DNA of 63,635 nt, filler included, from Octopus bimaculoides (taxonomy: Eukaryota): the NCBI RefSeq assembly GCF_001194135.2. It is 9 parts of 7 records of this genome, joined end to end, with 100 filler letters (N's around TTAATTAATTAA, not from the genome) between each part and the next. Parts side by side here need not be neighbours in the genome. Positions count along the whole stretch, not along the records: positions 48,947 to 53,446 come from NC_069010.1; positions 53,547 to 60,066 come from NC_069003.1; positions 60,167 to 62,192 come from NC_068997.1; positions 62,293 to 63,635 come from NC_068983.1; 5 more parts are not named here. One strand, 5' to 3'. The position numbers were made by a program, and so were the translations under genes. Positions within the stretch are counted from its first letter, which is position 1; every line of letters starts with the position of its first letter. Under the pieces are notes generated by a model that was not told the origin of the DNA, made no database searches, and worked only from the letters and a program-made list of their open reading frames with translations. This document shows positions 52,483-63,635 of the stretch, one piece after another.

Positions 52483-52764
52483 TCTTGCCAGCCATTTCCA
52501 TCCTATCTCTCTCGTTCCTATTACTCTTTCTAAATCTTTTTTCTCTGTCTTCCTCTTTCTCATTACCCTTTCTCTTTCACTCTTTTCCCCCTTTCAGTTA
52601 ACATGTTTCTCACTCTTTCTTTCCTTCTCTCATTCAGCTACTATCTCTCACTATCCCCTCACTCTCTTTTAGTTACCTTTTCTTTCTCCATCTCGCCCTT
52701 TCTTTTAGTCGTCGTTTCTCACGTAAGCTCCCCCTCTCTAAGATCTGCTGACTCTCACTCAATT

Positions 52765-53125
52765 CCTCTCTCTTTTAACTACTATTTCTCACTCCACCCC
52801 TCTTTCTCTCTCTCTTAACCATTATTTCTCACTACTCTTTTTATATTTCTTTTCTCTATTTACTGTTTCTCATTCCATGACTTCCTCTCTCTTGTAGTTA
52901 CTGTTTCTCTCAATTTCACCCTCTCTTTTAACTACTGTTTTCCTCAGCCTTCTCCTCTCATCTAACTACTGTTTCTCTCAGTCTCCCCCTTTCGTTCTAA
53001 ACTACCGTTTCTCTCTGTATCCCCTCTCTTTTAACTACTGTTTCTCTATTTCCCCCTCTCTCTTTCAACTAGTTTCTCTCTCACTCTTCCCATCACCCTT
53101 TTAACTACTGCTTTTCACACTCCCT
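52765..53125. repeat. Pyrimidine-rich degenerate minisatellite, core TAACTACTGTTTCTCT, about 35-40 bp period
   Basis: The core is repeated about nine times within a CT-rich background. Confidence 0.75.
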
Positions 53126-53574
53126 CTCCTCCTCTCTGTTTAAGCTTCTATTTCTGACTCACCCTCTCCCTCTCACCTAATTTCTTTCTCAATACCCCCT
53201 CTCAATATTTCTCACTCCATCTCCCTCTCGTTTATCTGCTTCGTCACACTCTATCCACCACCTCTCTCTGATAATCTACTGTCTCTCACCCCCCTCTCTC
53301 TTATAGTATACAGTCTCTCACCCTCCTTTCCGCTTTCCCTACAGTTCTTAAACTAACCAAGATCGGTTGTCAAGCGATGTTGCGGGGGTGGGGACACAGA
53401 CACACAAATACATACATATATATATATATACGACGGGCTTCTTTCANNNNNNNNNNNNNNNNNNNNNNNNNNNNNNNNNNNNNNNNNNNNTTAATTAATT
53501 AANNNNNNNNNNNNNNNNNNNNNNNNNNNNNNNNNNNNNNNNNNNNGCAGAGAGATAGACATATAGAGAGAGAG

Positions 53575-53593
53575 AGACAGACAAACGGACAAT

Positions 53594-53640
<47 letters not shown>

Positions 53641-53790
53641 CAGAGGCAGAGACTGTCAGAGAGATAGAAATATATAGAGAGATAGACAGACAAACGGACA
53701 ATGAGGAGAGAGAGAGAGAGAGAGAGAGAAACAGAGGCAGAGACNNNNNNNNNNCAGACAAACGGACAATGAGGAGAGAGAGAGAGAGAG
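53575..53790. repeat. (GA)n-based compound repeat, CAGACAAACGGACAATGAGG(AG)n x3
   Basis: The anchor motif occurs three times between GA tracts. Confidence 0.85.
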
Positions 53791-54089
53791 AGATCCAACC
53801 AGTACTCGGCTGGTATTCATTTACACCTGAGTAGACTGAAGCTACGTGAAATGAAGTTTGTTGTTCAAGGAAGAAACAACACACTGTCCGATCCAGGAAT
53901 CGAACCTACGACTTTATGATGGTGAGTCAAATTGGATCGTGTTAAAAAAATAAGTCCTGGGGTCGATTTGTTCGACTAAAACCTTTCAAGAAAGCACCCC
54001 AGCATGGCCACAGTCAACTAACTGAAACAAGTAAAAAAAAAAGATAAAAAAGACACGCCAATAAAAAATTAAAAAAACTTTAAAACAAC

Positions 54090-54720
54090 GACGGTTATGG
54101 TCTTATATGGAACAGGCTTGGCTCATACGAATTACATTGCAAACCACTTTAATCACAGAAAGTTTTTTGAGGGCCGCTTGTGTACTTACAGAATTGAAAG
54201 CATTTTGCTTTCTCATGCTATTATTACAATAATGAATGAAAGATCTTTGACTCAACATGAAATATTATCGTTGCAAAAACAGTAGTAGCTTTCTTTTTTT
54301 ACTTTTCATTACAATCTTTAATTTCTGATAAAATTTTTTAAATGTTTGTTTAAATAAACCCATTTCAAGAAAGTATCAAGCGGGCCGCAAGATAAAAGAC
54401 TGCGGGCTGCATGTGGCCCGCGGGTCTCAGGTTNNNNNNNNNNTTTTGAGGGCCGCTTGTGTACTTACAGAATTGAAAGCATTTTGCTTTCTCATGCTAT
54501 TATTACAATAATGAATGAAAGATCTTTGACTCAACATGAAATATTATCGTTGCAAAAACAGTAGTAGCTTTCTTTTTTTACTTTTCATTACAATCTTTAA
54601 TTTCTGATAAAATTTTTTAAATGTTTGTTTAAATAAACCCATTTCAAGAAAGTATCAAGCGGGCCGCAAGATAAAAGACTGCGGGCTGCATGTGGCCCGC
54701 GGGTCTCAGGTTGACCAGCC
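54090..54720. mobile_element. Probable hAT/Charlie-like transposon end (duplicated across a 10-N gap)
   Basis: GCGGGCCGCA..GCGGGCTGCATGTGGCCCGCGGG..AGGTTGACCAGCC resembles the subterminal GGCCCGCGGGCC motif of hAT-Charlie ends. No TSD was found. Confidence 0.45.
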
Positions 54721-56629
54721 TTTATATGGCATAACAGTTAGCCAGCGGGGGACCCAGGATTTTTTGTGGGTGTTGCCCAAAAGTTTCGAAAAAAATACGA
54801 TATAAGGTAGGAATCGCAATTCATAACAAATGGACACATCTTTATGCATTCTTTGTTGTAAGAGAAAGTATGTAAATGAAACAGTAATGCTGTGAAACTG
54901 CTGGAAATAAAATAGTGATGTTATTATAAAAATCTTTGGTCCCGATTTTTTGGTGTCGGCTTGGCTAGAAAGAGTGTGGCCCGGGTAACACCTCTGCATT
55001 CGCCACTGTTTGGCCGTAAACAGCATGCAGCAAATGTCTATTCCTATTTAGTAATAACCTCAATTGGTGACCAAACAAACTAACCATAACTATAGATAAA
55101 AAGCCCATTTGATCGCGGCTGGAATTGAACTCAGAGCGTAAAGAGTCGTTAAGAAATGGCGCAAAATATTTTGTTTTGTTCGAGGCTCAGAACAATAACA
55201 ATTACAAGAATATTAACGTCAACAACAACAACACTTCAAGAATAATATTGATAAAACTACAACTGTGCCTACATCATCATCATATTCATCATCGTACTCC
55301 TCCTCCCCCTCCTCCTCCTCATCATCATCCTCATCACTATCATCACCATCACTACTACTACCACCACCACCACCATTATCATCATCACCACCATTACCAA
55401 CACCACCAAAACCACCACCACCACCACCGTAATCATCGTCGTCGTCGTCATCATCATCATCAATAATAGTAACAGCAGCAATGCTTCAAGAACAGTAAGA
55501 CCACACCATCATCATCATCATGAACAACGACGACAACAACAACAACCGACCAGAACCCAATTCTGTAAAGAGGGACGCCTTGATTTTGACAAAGCTTCCT
55601 TCCTGTCATAATAGATTTGTTGATAGCCTTGACATGGCTCAACGGATGTGGCTGATGTGACATAGCANNNNNNNNNNNNNNNNNNNNNNNNNNNNNNNNN
55701 NNNNNNNNNNNNNNNNNNNNNNNNNNNNNNNNNNNNNNNNNNNNNNNNNNNNNNNNNNNNNNNNNNNNNNNNNNNNNNNNNNNNNNNNNNNNNNNNNNNN
55801 NNNNNNNNNNNNNNNNNNNNNNNNNNNNNNNNGGTGGTGGTGGTGGTGGTAGTGACGATGGTAGTGGCGATGGTGAAGGTGGAGATGGCGGCGGTGGTGG
55901 TGGGACTAATGTGTGTAGGGGAAAGGTAGTCAAGGTGGGTAGGGTGGTGCTGGGCGTGGGAGTGGTAGTTGTGGTGGTAGTGGTGGAAAGTCGTAATCGG
56001 GTGTTAGAGGTGGGGTGATGCTAACGGTGGTGGGGGTTTATTGATGGGGTGATTGTTGGAGGATTTCTGTTGGTCCCTGAAGTTAATGAGGAACTGGTGA
56101 CAATAGTAGTAGCAGCAATAGTCGTCGTCGTCGTCGTCGTCATCGTAGTAGTAGTAGTAGTTGTTGTTTGTATTGTTTAGCCCCTGGTCGGTTTCGATGA
56201 ATAAGCAAAAGCATTCGATCAAAAGCATTCCAGTAATGACCATCCCGTAGGCATCGTATATCAGTGCAACTACGTTATACAATACAACAGCGTTTCTCTG
56301 TTGTTTTTATTCTTCGAGAACTTTCGACACCCATTCCATATTCCGGGGGAACCTCTGCATAAAACAATACATATTACATATCTTTGTTAATCTTCTTTGT
56401 GTCTAAGGGATTAAACAACAGAAGAAAGTCACCAATGAGATTAACCGTGGTCGCTAAAACCAGTTCTCTTCGCGTAAGAGTTTCTATATGTGGTTCATAA
56501 GAGACAACATAGAGACACCCTTGCGCGAAGACTAATTCAGCCCACGCTGACCCTCTCAGGCGAAACGTACAGACTAAGGAGTAAGACGCTTCTGAAAAAA
56601 GAAAACTAAGAAGCCGCATTTTTTTGCGA

Positions 56630-57062
56630 TAGATGCGTGAATCAAGGAATGGATTTTGCTATGAAGTCGCAATAGAGACATTGATGATTTTTTATTTTGC
56701 CTGGGACTGGGCAAGTGCGTCTGTTGATTGCAGAATACAGTTCTTCTATTGTTCTTTTTCTTCAACTTAAATTGTCTTAATGCGTCGTGACACATTTTAC
56801 GCCATGCAGATCGATCTAGGCAATGACTTCCCCAAGATGTCAGGTTAAGCTGTAGAGATTTTAGTGATTGCTTCAACTTAGCCTTATACCTAAGGAGAGG
56901 TCTTCTTGGCCACGATATTTCTCCACTTGTTGGCCATGCAGAAGAATTTTCGGAGAATGCGGTAATTTTTCATTAGAACATCATGTCCCGTATGTGTGCA
57001 CGGAATTCTCATCAGCATGCTTTGGATGCAAGGGATATCACATTTTTCTAAGATTGGATATC
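56630..57062 (-). mobile_element. RTE-type LINE 3' fragment, decayed
   Basis: ILEKCDIPCIQSMLMR..GH.V.MKNYRILRK..LRYKAKLKQSLKSLQLNLTSWGSHCLDRSAWRKMCHDALRQF matches the RTE C-terminal pattern (RW.GH..RM, RYKD.LK..L, W...A.DR..WR). Confidence 0.8.
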
Positions 57063-57097
57063 CTATCTTAACAACAACAACAACAACAAAAATAATA

Positions 57098-58172
57098 ATA
57101 AGCTCGAGCGAAATAAAGAAGATTGACAGGAAAATCTGTAACCTGCTGACTTGCAAAATGATGCCCCGCGCAAAGGCAGAAGCAGATCGTCTTTACCTAC
57201 CCAGAGCTCAAAGAGGTCGAGGCTTGATCCAGTTTGAAATTTCCTACAAAACTACCACAATTAGACTGGCAAAATATCTTGAAACATCTAACGACTGGAT
57301 GCTAAAGCTTGTTGAAAACCATGGAAGACGTAAGAAGATTCATTCTGTTAAGAAGGAGAGCAAAATATTTCCAAGTGAGTTTATGCATAATACCCAGGTT
57401 GAACAGCATGATGGAAGTGCAGCAACTGTAGTTGCAAAGAAGGTGAAACCAATAGCAAATGCGTTTGAACAACTGGCAGATAAGTGGGAACAAAACCCTC
57501 TGCATGGCAAATATGCGGCCCATACCAAACAAGCTGATATAGTCCAGGAGCATACCCATCAGTGGCTACGGAACTCAGGGCTAAAAGCAGAGAGTGAAGG
57601 CTTTATCTTGGCTGCCCAAGATCAGAGCTTATTGTCCCGGAACTATCAAGCCAATATGATGAAAAATGGTGTCGACCCACAGTGCCGATACTGCAACGAT
57701 GGGATTGAAACAATGGACCACCTAATCTCTGGGTGTAAAGTTTTAGCACCTGTAGAGTACAAATCAAGACATGACAGAGTTGGCCAATATCTACATCGGA
57801 TAATGTGTTATTCTTTGGGACTTCCCATTATGTACAGACCGGACCATCAAAGCAAACAAACCAGATATTGTTATGAAAGACAAAAACAATAAAGTCTACT
57901 TATTGATTGACATGAGCATACCCTGTGATCATAATATCTCGGCAAAAGAACTTGATAAGCTCAGAAAATATAAAGATTTACTTATCAAAATCGAAAATAT
58001 GTGGCATCTCAAGACGGTTATAATACCAATGATTCTAGGAGCACTTGGAATGATCAAAACAGGAACTGAAAATTATTTAAGAATGATCCTTGGCTTACCA
58101 TCCATGCAGGAGGTGCAAAAGATTATCTTAACTGGTATGTCACACGTATTGAGAAGAGCATTGTCGCCGTGA
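57098..58172 (+). mobile_element. R4/Dong-clade non-LTR retrotransposon, 5'-truncated 3' portion
   Basis: SEIKKIDRK..ADRLYLPRAQRGRGL..PLHGKY..GLKAESEGFILAAQDQSLLSRNY, a CCHC knuckle CRYC..ETMDHLISGC, then (after a frameshift) WDFPLCTDRTIKANKPDIV..LIDMSIP..KLRKYKDL, an RLE PD..D..K motif. Confidence 0.9.
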
Positions 58173-58712
58173 ATTTTCTTTCCTTACAGGTACTTGCTCA
58201 AATTAAGACCATTTACTCAGACCACTCACATTTACCTTTCTTCAAATTTGCTGGGAGTCAGCAATTCCCTTTCCACCCTTACTCTCCTTGAAAGGTTAAT
58301 GAGGGATTTGGCCAAAGAAGAAGTTCTCTGTTTTCAGCCCTTTCAATCTGGTCCATCACACAATCTATTTCGTTAAGGACACCAGACACTGTACGTCATT
58401 CTCGGCCGAAAGGAGACGGAACGATCTTCACACCGGACTCAGCCGATTGTCCCATCTGCCCTACATATGACAGTGGGGGTTCGACATAAACCCATAAGTC
58501 AGCAATATTCGGGCGCTAGACGAATGTGTGCGCAGCAGTACAGCTTCGTCGCTCGGTGCGAATCTCAAGTAGGATCGGTTGACGGTACTTCCGAGCCCGA
58601 AGAGTTTATTTCGAAACGGCAATTGACTCACATGGTTTCTGATCTTAGCTGACTGGAAATGTTATCATGTACATGTTGTGTCTTAGCATAAAAGATAGGC
58701 TACATCTTTTAT

Positions 58713-58782
<70 letters not shown>

Positions 58783-58785
<3 letters not shown>

Positions 58786-58998
58786 GTTTAAAATTTAGTT
58801 ACAAGGGCAGCCATATTGGGGGAAGGGATGAGTCAATTACATCGACCCCAGTGTTTTACTGGTACTTAATTTATCGACCCCGAAAAGATGAAAGGCAAAG
58901 TCGACCTCGGTGAAATTTGAACTCAGAACGTAGCGACAGGCGAAATGCCGCTAAGCATTTCGTCCAGCGTGCTAACGATCCGGCCAGCTCTCCGCCTT
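58783..58998 (-). mobile_element. tRNA-derived SINE (family A), full length, inside an (AAT)n array
   Basis: Minus strand AAGGCGGAGAGCTGGCCGGATCGTTAGCACG..GAGTTCAAATTTC..GGTCGACTTTGCCTTTCATC..GGGGTCGAT; same body as copies at 34007 and 40115. Confidence 0.9.
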
Positions 58999-59002
58999 AT
59001 AT

Positions 59003-59069
<67 letters not shown>

Positions 59070-59165
59070 TTTTAATCTGTACGACTAAAATGATATTTTG
59101 TGAGTGTGTGTTGCGTTTGGATTTGCGCGCGCGTGAGTTTGTGTGCGTGTTTGTGTGCGTGCGTA

Positions 59166-59204
<39 letters not shown>

Positions 59205-60166
59205 ATGTGCGTGTGTGTGTGTGTTTGTCACGCTCCTGTTTGACCTTGACATTGAAAACTACTTTGACCTGCCATTCACTCTTCTACGAGCAAACAGTTA
59301 CAGCTTCTAAACGGAGTGAGTTTCGCAACGACGGTCAATAAGCAGATCGCTTCTACACCGCCGTCGCCACCACCATCAACACTATTTTTGTTGTTGTTGT
59401 TGTTGTTGTTGTTGTTATCGTTGTTGTTGTTGTTGTGGTGGTGGTGGATGAGGAGGAGGACGAAAGGGGTGAGTTGTTTCTGACCCATCACCACCACATC
59501 TTCTACTAACCATCATCAATAACAATCACCATAACCACCACCAACAACAACAACAACGATAACATCATCATTATCATCATCATCATCGTCATCACCACCA
59601 CCACCACCACCACCGATAATTTTTCCTGTGAGAATTTCCAAATGCATGTATGCCATTTTGTATCATTATCGAAAATTATCTTGCTTTTTTTTCTTTGCTT
59701 TTGGAAGTGGCAACATTTTTAGTCATATCCTTCTCTCATCCTCTCTTTCTTCCTCTTTCTCTCCTTTTCTGTCTCCTTCCCTCTCTTCTATCTCTCTCTC
59801 TCTCTCTCTCTTGCACATACGCGTGCGCACGGGCACATACATGAACAGAAGAAAACATTATTATAATAATCCATGTAAAGTGAACGCGGAACAGCGAGAA
59901 TCTTACCAATAACGTATCTATTCATTCTTAATACGTTTCAACGAGAATGCCTGATCGTTGTTGTTTTCCGTCGTCAGAGAACACTCCTCTCTTCAGACAA
60001 TGTATGCTCATAACACGCGATTCATTGATGTAAAACTAGAAATTTCTTGTTATTTAATTTAAGGCTNNNNNNNNNNNNNNNNNNNNNNNNNNNNNNNNNN
60101 NNNNNNNNNNTTAATTAATTAANNNNNNNNNNNNNNNNNNNNNNNNNNNNNNNNNNNNNNNNNNNN

Positions 60167-60217
<51 letters not shown>

Positions 60218-60478
60218 GATTGATGCAGAGAAACAGACAGAAAGAGAGGGAGAAAGTGAAAGATATGGGAGGAGTGAGTGAGTGTTTGTGTGTGAGTTTG
60301 TGTGTGTTTGCGTGTGTGTATGAGTGTGTGTTTGTATTCGCGCGCGCGCGTGTGAGAGAGAGAGAGAGAGCGGGAGAGACAAGGCAGGTAGACAGATAGA
60401 TAGATAGGTAGTAAATGTGTGTGTGTGAGAGAGAGAGATAGAAAGAGAGAGAGAGAGGGAGAGAAAGAAAGAGAGCAA

Positions 60479-60538
<60 letters not shown>

Positions 60539-60976
60539 ATAAAAGAAACTGACTTTGAATGTATCTTTCTTCTGTAAAGTGTCTAATATCCCGTAGTATT
60601 TGCTCACAGAACCATATAAGTGAGAACTTTCAATAAGTATTCGGCCGACACCGCCTTTTCCACCACACATCAGTGCTCCTTGACCACCGAGTCCACCGTC
60701 CGTATTTAACCTGTCTGTACCTGGAAGATAACGGCATTTCAACATCAAATACATTGTAGACATTTGGGAAACATATTTACGATAAGTCTATAACTATTTC
60801 ACGGGCTAGTTCCACTAAAGTCCACCTATATTCCTGAATAGTCCCCTTACAAGACATCTATATCATTGACCAGTTAGCACTTACGTGGTTGACAAACTCT
60901 TGACTAAGACTGTAGTGATGTGAAATGAAATGTAAGCGTGTGTACGTGTGTGTGTGCATGTGTGTGTGTGTATGTG

Positions 60977-61007
<31 letters not shown>

Positions 61008-61289
61008 TTGTTTTAAAACAAAAGCAAGTTGGTTATTGATAACATCAGGAGTAGCAATGATATAAACCTGAAGATAAACTGCTGTTCACGACAAAGCCAG
61101 GAAATGGGAGATTAATAATATCAATTCCATTCTATTTTTGTTATTTCAATCATGACAAACGAGAAGTTTCCGAAATGTTCGCTTATCTTCTTTTTTTGTT
61201 TCTCATTGCTTTTAGAACGTAACCACTGTGTATTCTTGTTCGCTGTGTTATTTTTTGTTATTTATCTAACTTGTTCCTAGATATTATGT

Positions 61290-61550
61290 GTGTCTGTGTA
61301 TGTACGAAAGCTGGTTAAGAAAATTCTCAATTTTCTGGGTGAAGATGGTCGTGTGTCTATAAAGACAATCAGTATACAATGTATGGCAACTGTACGCAGG
61401 ATTATTCAAGAAGGTCTGAACATGCGCAAAATGTGGGCAATTTTTTTTTCCGGATACCCAGTGACGAGTATTCTGATAACCAACTACTTGACAGAGATGG
61501 GCATCGAAACTTTTCCTCACCACCCCTCCTATCCTTGCTCCCTGTGACTT
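61290..61550 (+). mobile_element. Internally deleted mariner transposase fragment
   Basis: EDGRVSIKTIS..ATVRRIIQEGLNMRKMWA joined to LITNYLTEMGIETFPHHPSYPCSL(PCD), a decayed PPYSPDLAPCD motif. Confidence 0.75.
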
Positions 61551-62068
61551 TATATACATACATACATACATACATGCATAAGGTTTAAGGGTTAGGATTT
61601 TAAAATGCCGGTTGTTGCCAATTTATTTGCAGCTTTGTATTCCCCGTAGCCGGAAAGGAGGGGTTTGTGTCGAAAACAATTTGAAAAAAAGGATTGTTTT
61701 TTTGAGGGGATGGGCGGAAGTCTTGTCCCAGCCTTGTCACACTCTGTGTCACGCCCAATCTCCCGAGAACTACATTAAGGGTCTATTGATCGAATCAACT
61801 GGAACCCTCGTCGTCGCAACCGACGGAGTGCCACGATATGATTTAGTAGACATGGCTTGTGCAGTTTTTAATGATTTACTACGTGGTATCCACACGGATA
61901 GAACGGTGGACTGAGGGTTTTGCATTTACCTGTGAGGTGTGTGCGTTTACGTGGATATATACATATATATAGCAATGTTAATTCTCTAAATGAAGTATTA
62001 ACAGCAACTGCACGATAAAGTGTAGTATATTGCCACTTAAGTGTGGCTGACCCCTAGGGGTGGATGTT

Positions 62069-62192
62069 ACTGTTGCTTTTAGCCCCAGGAGGACATCTCC
62101 TCCAGCTGGCTTATCGACTTGGCAAACAGGACACAGTCGTGTGTCGATAAGCCAGCTGGAGGAGATGTCCTCCTGGGGCTAAAAGCAACAGT
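62069..62192. repeat. Perfect 50-bp inverted repeat with 24-nt loop, ending at a scaffold end
   Basis: 62069-62118 is the exact reverse complement of 62143-62192. Confidence 0.95.
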
Positions 62193-62320
62193 NNNNNNNN
62201 NNNNNNNNNNNNNNNNNNNNNNNNNNNNNNNNNNNNTTAATTAATTAANNNNNNNNNNNNNNNNNNNNNNNNNNNNNNNNNNNNNNNNNNNNTATGTGTG
62301 TATATATATATATATACATA

Positions 62321-63218
62321 CAGGTTAGGTGCAAAGTAAGTAGGCATTAAAAATTGGTATTAAAATCAACATTCCTTTATGAAATTTATTGCAACAAATG
62401 ATATATGTTCTTTATTAGATGGGAAAACGAAATTAAATCTTCATATTTCAACGTAAGCACCGGTAGCGTCAACCAGCTTCCTCGAACAGCCAAGGATGGA
62501 ATGAACAATCTTCTGAAGGACGTCGTCTGGGATATCACTGGGAACTTCCTGAATTCGTGTTTCCAAGTCCTCCGGTGTGCGAGGTTTTGTCTTGTATACC
62601 TCTTTTGTGTAACCCACAGGTAGAAATGACATGGAGTGAGATCTGGACTTCTGGGTTTCTGGACTTCTGCGATCACTGTCTTCAGGTTTTAGCTCCTGCA
62701 CATAATGGGGTTTCTACGGACGAACATTCAATTCTTTATGCAACACCGTATGTATTGTATGTCTTGTTAGTCCACTTTCACGAGCTGCTTGATATGTTGA
62801 TTTTTACGGGCTTCGATTTAACATTTCCTGCACTTTTGCCACGTTCTCCGCTAATCGGGATGTAATTGGACAGCCACTTCTTGCATCGTCGTTCTCAGAG
62901 CCCCTGGCCGCCAGCTTTGCATGACAACTTTTTATTATCTCTGGACATAGTGTTGCATGCTTACCTCTCCATGCAAGCCACAATCTCTGAACTAAAACAA
63001 TGGAATTCCACACTTCATAGCGTGCTGCTATCTTCGCTCGCTCCTGAACAGTCAAGCGAGCGGCCATCTGGAAAATAAGAAATAAGGAACACGACAATAA
63101 GAGAATAAGAAATCGCCATTAGTGTTTGTTGAAAAAATGTTTTTGTCATGACTTCAGTGATACTAAAAGTTTCTGACGCCTAGTTACTTTCTAACGTCTA
63201 GTTACTGTCCAGCCACCT
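62321..63218 (-). mobile_element. Tc1/mariner-superfamily element, internally deleted, TA-flanked
   Basis: N-terminal MAARLTVQERAKIAARYEVWNSIVLVQR..RSGCPITSR HTH region and C-terminal PRSPDLTPC.FYLW..VYKTKPRTPEDLETRI. Degenerate TIRs share AGTAA.TAG.C.TT; TA on both sides. Confidence 0.85.
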
Positions 63219-63301
63219 TATATATATATATATATAGATACAGTAGTACCACGGTTTTCGAACAACTCCGATCGCGAATAAATTGTGCTTTATATATTGT
63301 G

Positions 63302-63635
63302 CTTTTTCTGAAAGATAGAAGTCAGGCAGTAGTGGCTAATGGAGCCACCTCTATGAAAACACAAATAATGAGCGGTGTTCCACAGGGCACTGTCTTGGGA
63401 CCATTGCTTTTTATAGTCGCTCTCTCAGATATGCCTTCAAGTGCCCGGATAGCCACTCTTGCAAGCTACGCAGACGATACAAAAGTCTCGCAGAAAATAC
63501 AGAACTCCAGTGATGTTGCACACCTGCAGCAGGAATTGGACTCAGTTTACAGATGGGCTGAGGACAATAATATGCAGTTTAATGCTGAAAAATTCCAAGC
63601 CCTGCGCTACCAACGTCCAAAACTGAATATGAAAC
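63302..63635 (+). mobile_element. CR1/L2-group LINE reverse transcriptase, open frame running off the window
   Basis: FLKDRSQAVVANG..SGVPQGTVLGPLLFI..YADDTKV..LQQELDSVYRWAEDNNMQFNAEKFQAL, about 110 codons without a stop. Confidence 0.92.

Noticed and set aside
54165-54712. Apparently exact 269-bp tandem duplication
   Set aside because: Separated only by a 10-N gap; most likely an assembly overlap artefact.
54746-55008. CAGCGGGGGA...TTCGCCACTG as a hAT MITE
   Set aside because: The TIR match is poor and there is no 8-bp target duplication.
59925-60000. CTGACGA/CTGAAGA and GAAACGTA on the minus strand as a hammerhead
   Set aside because: Stem I does not form and stem II does not join the core in either register.

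Overview
Eukaryotic, AT-rich, microsatellite-saturated DNA from an octopus (Octopus sp., inferred from the rhodopsin protein). The window is not one continuous locus: eight identical 100-bp spacers (44 N + TTAATTAATTAA + 44 N) join nine scaffold pieces. The one recognisable gene is the visual rhabdomeric rhodopsin, with three coding exons (23212-23396, 24681-24817, 26387-27432) encoding 455 aa, including K306, E181, the DRY motif and a PPQG-repeat tail; a splice acceptor upstream suggests an additional non-coding 5' exon. The rest is transposon debris (mariner/Tc1, Chapaev3-like, hAT-like, a MITE with an 8-bp TSD, CRE-, R4/Dong-, RTE- and CR1-type LINE fragments, at least four SINE-like families, Penelope-like foldbacks) and simple repeats. 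Three things are not explained by the ORF track. (1) A Penelope-like repeat family whose three copies together define a type I hammerhead ribozyme with the core C3:G8 pair swapped to G3:C8, plus a separate canonical hammerhead. (2) An unidentified, tandemly duplicated two-exon coding module on the minus strand (27680-28538), with one open copy and one decayed copy. (3) A five-unit E-box array with 33-34 bp spacing. Family assignments come from recalled motifs, not database searches.
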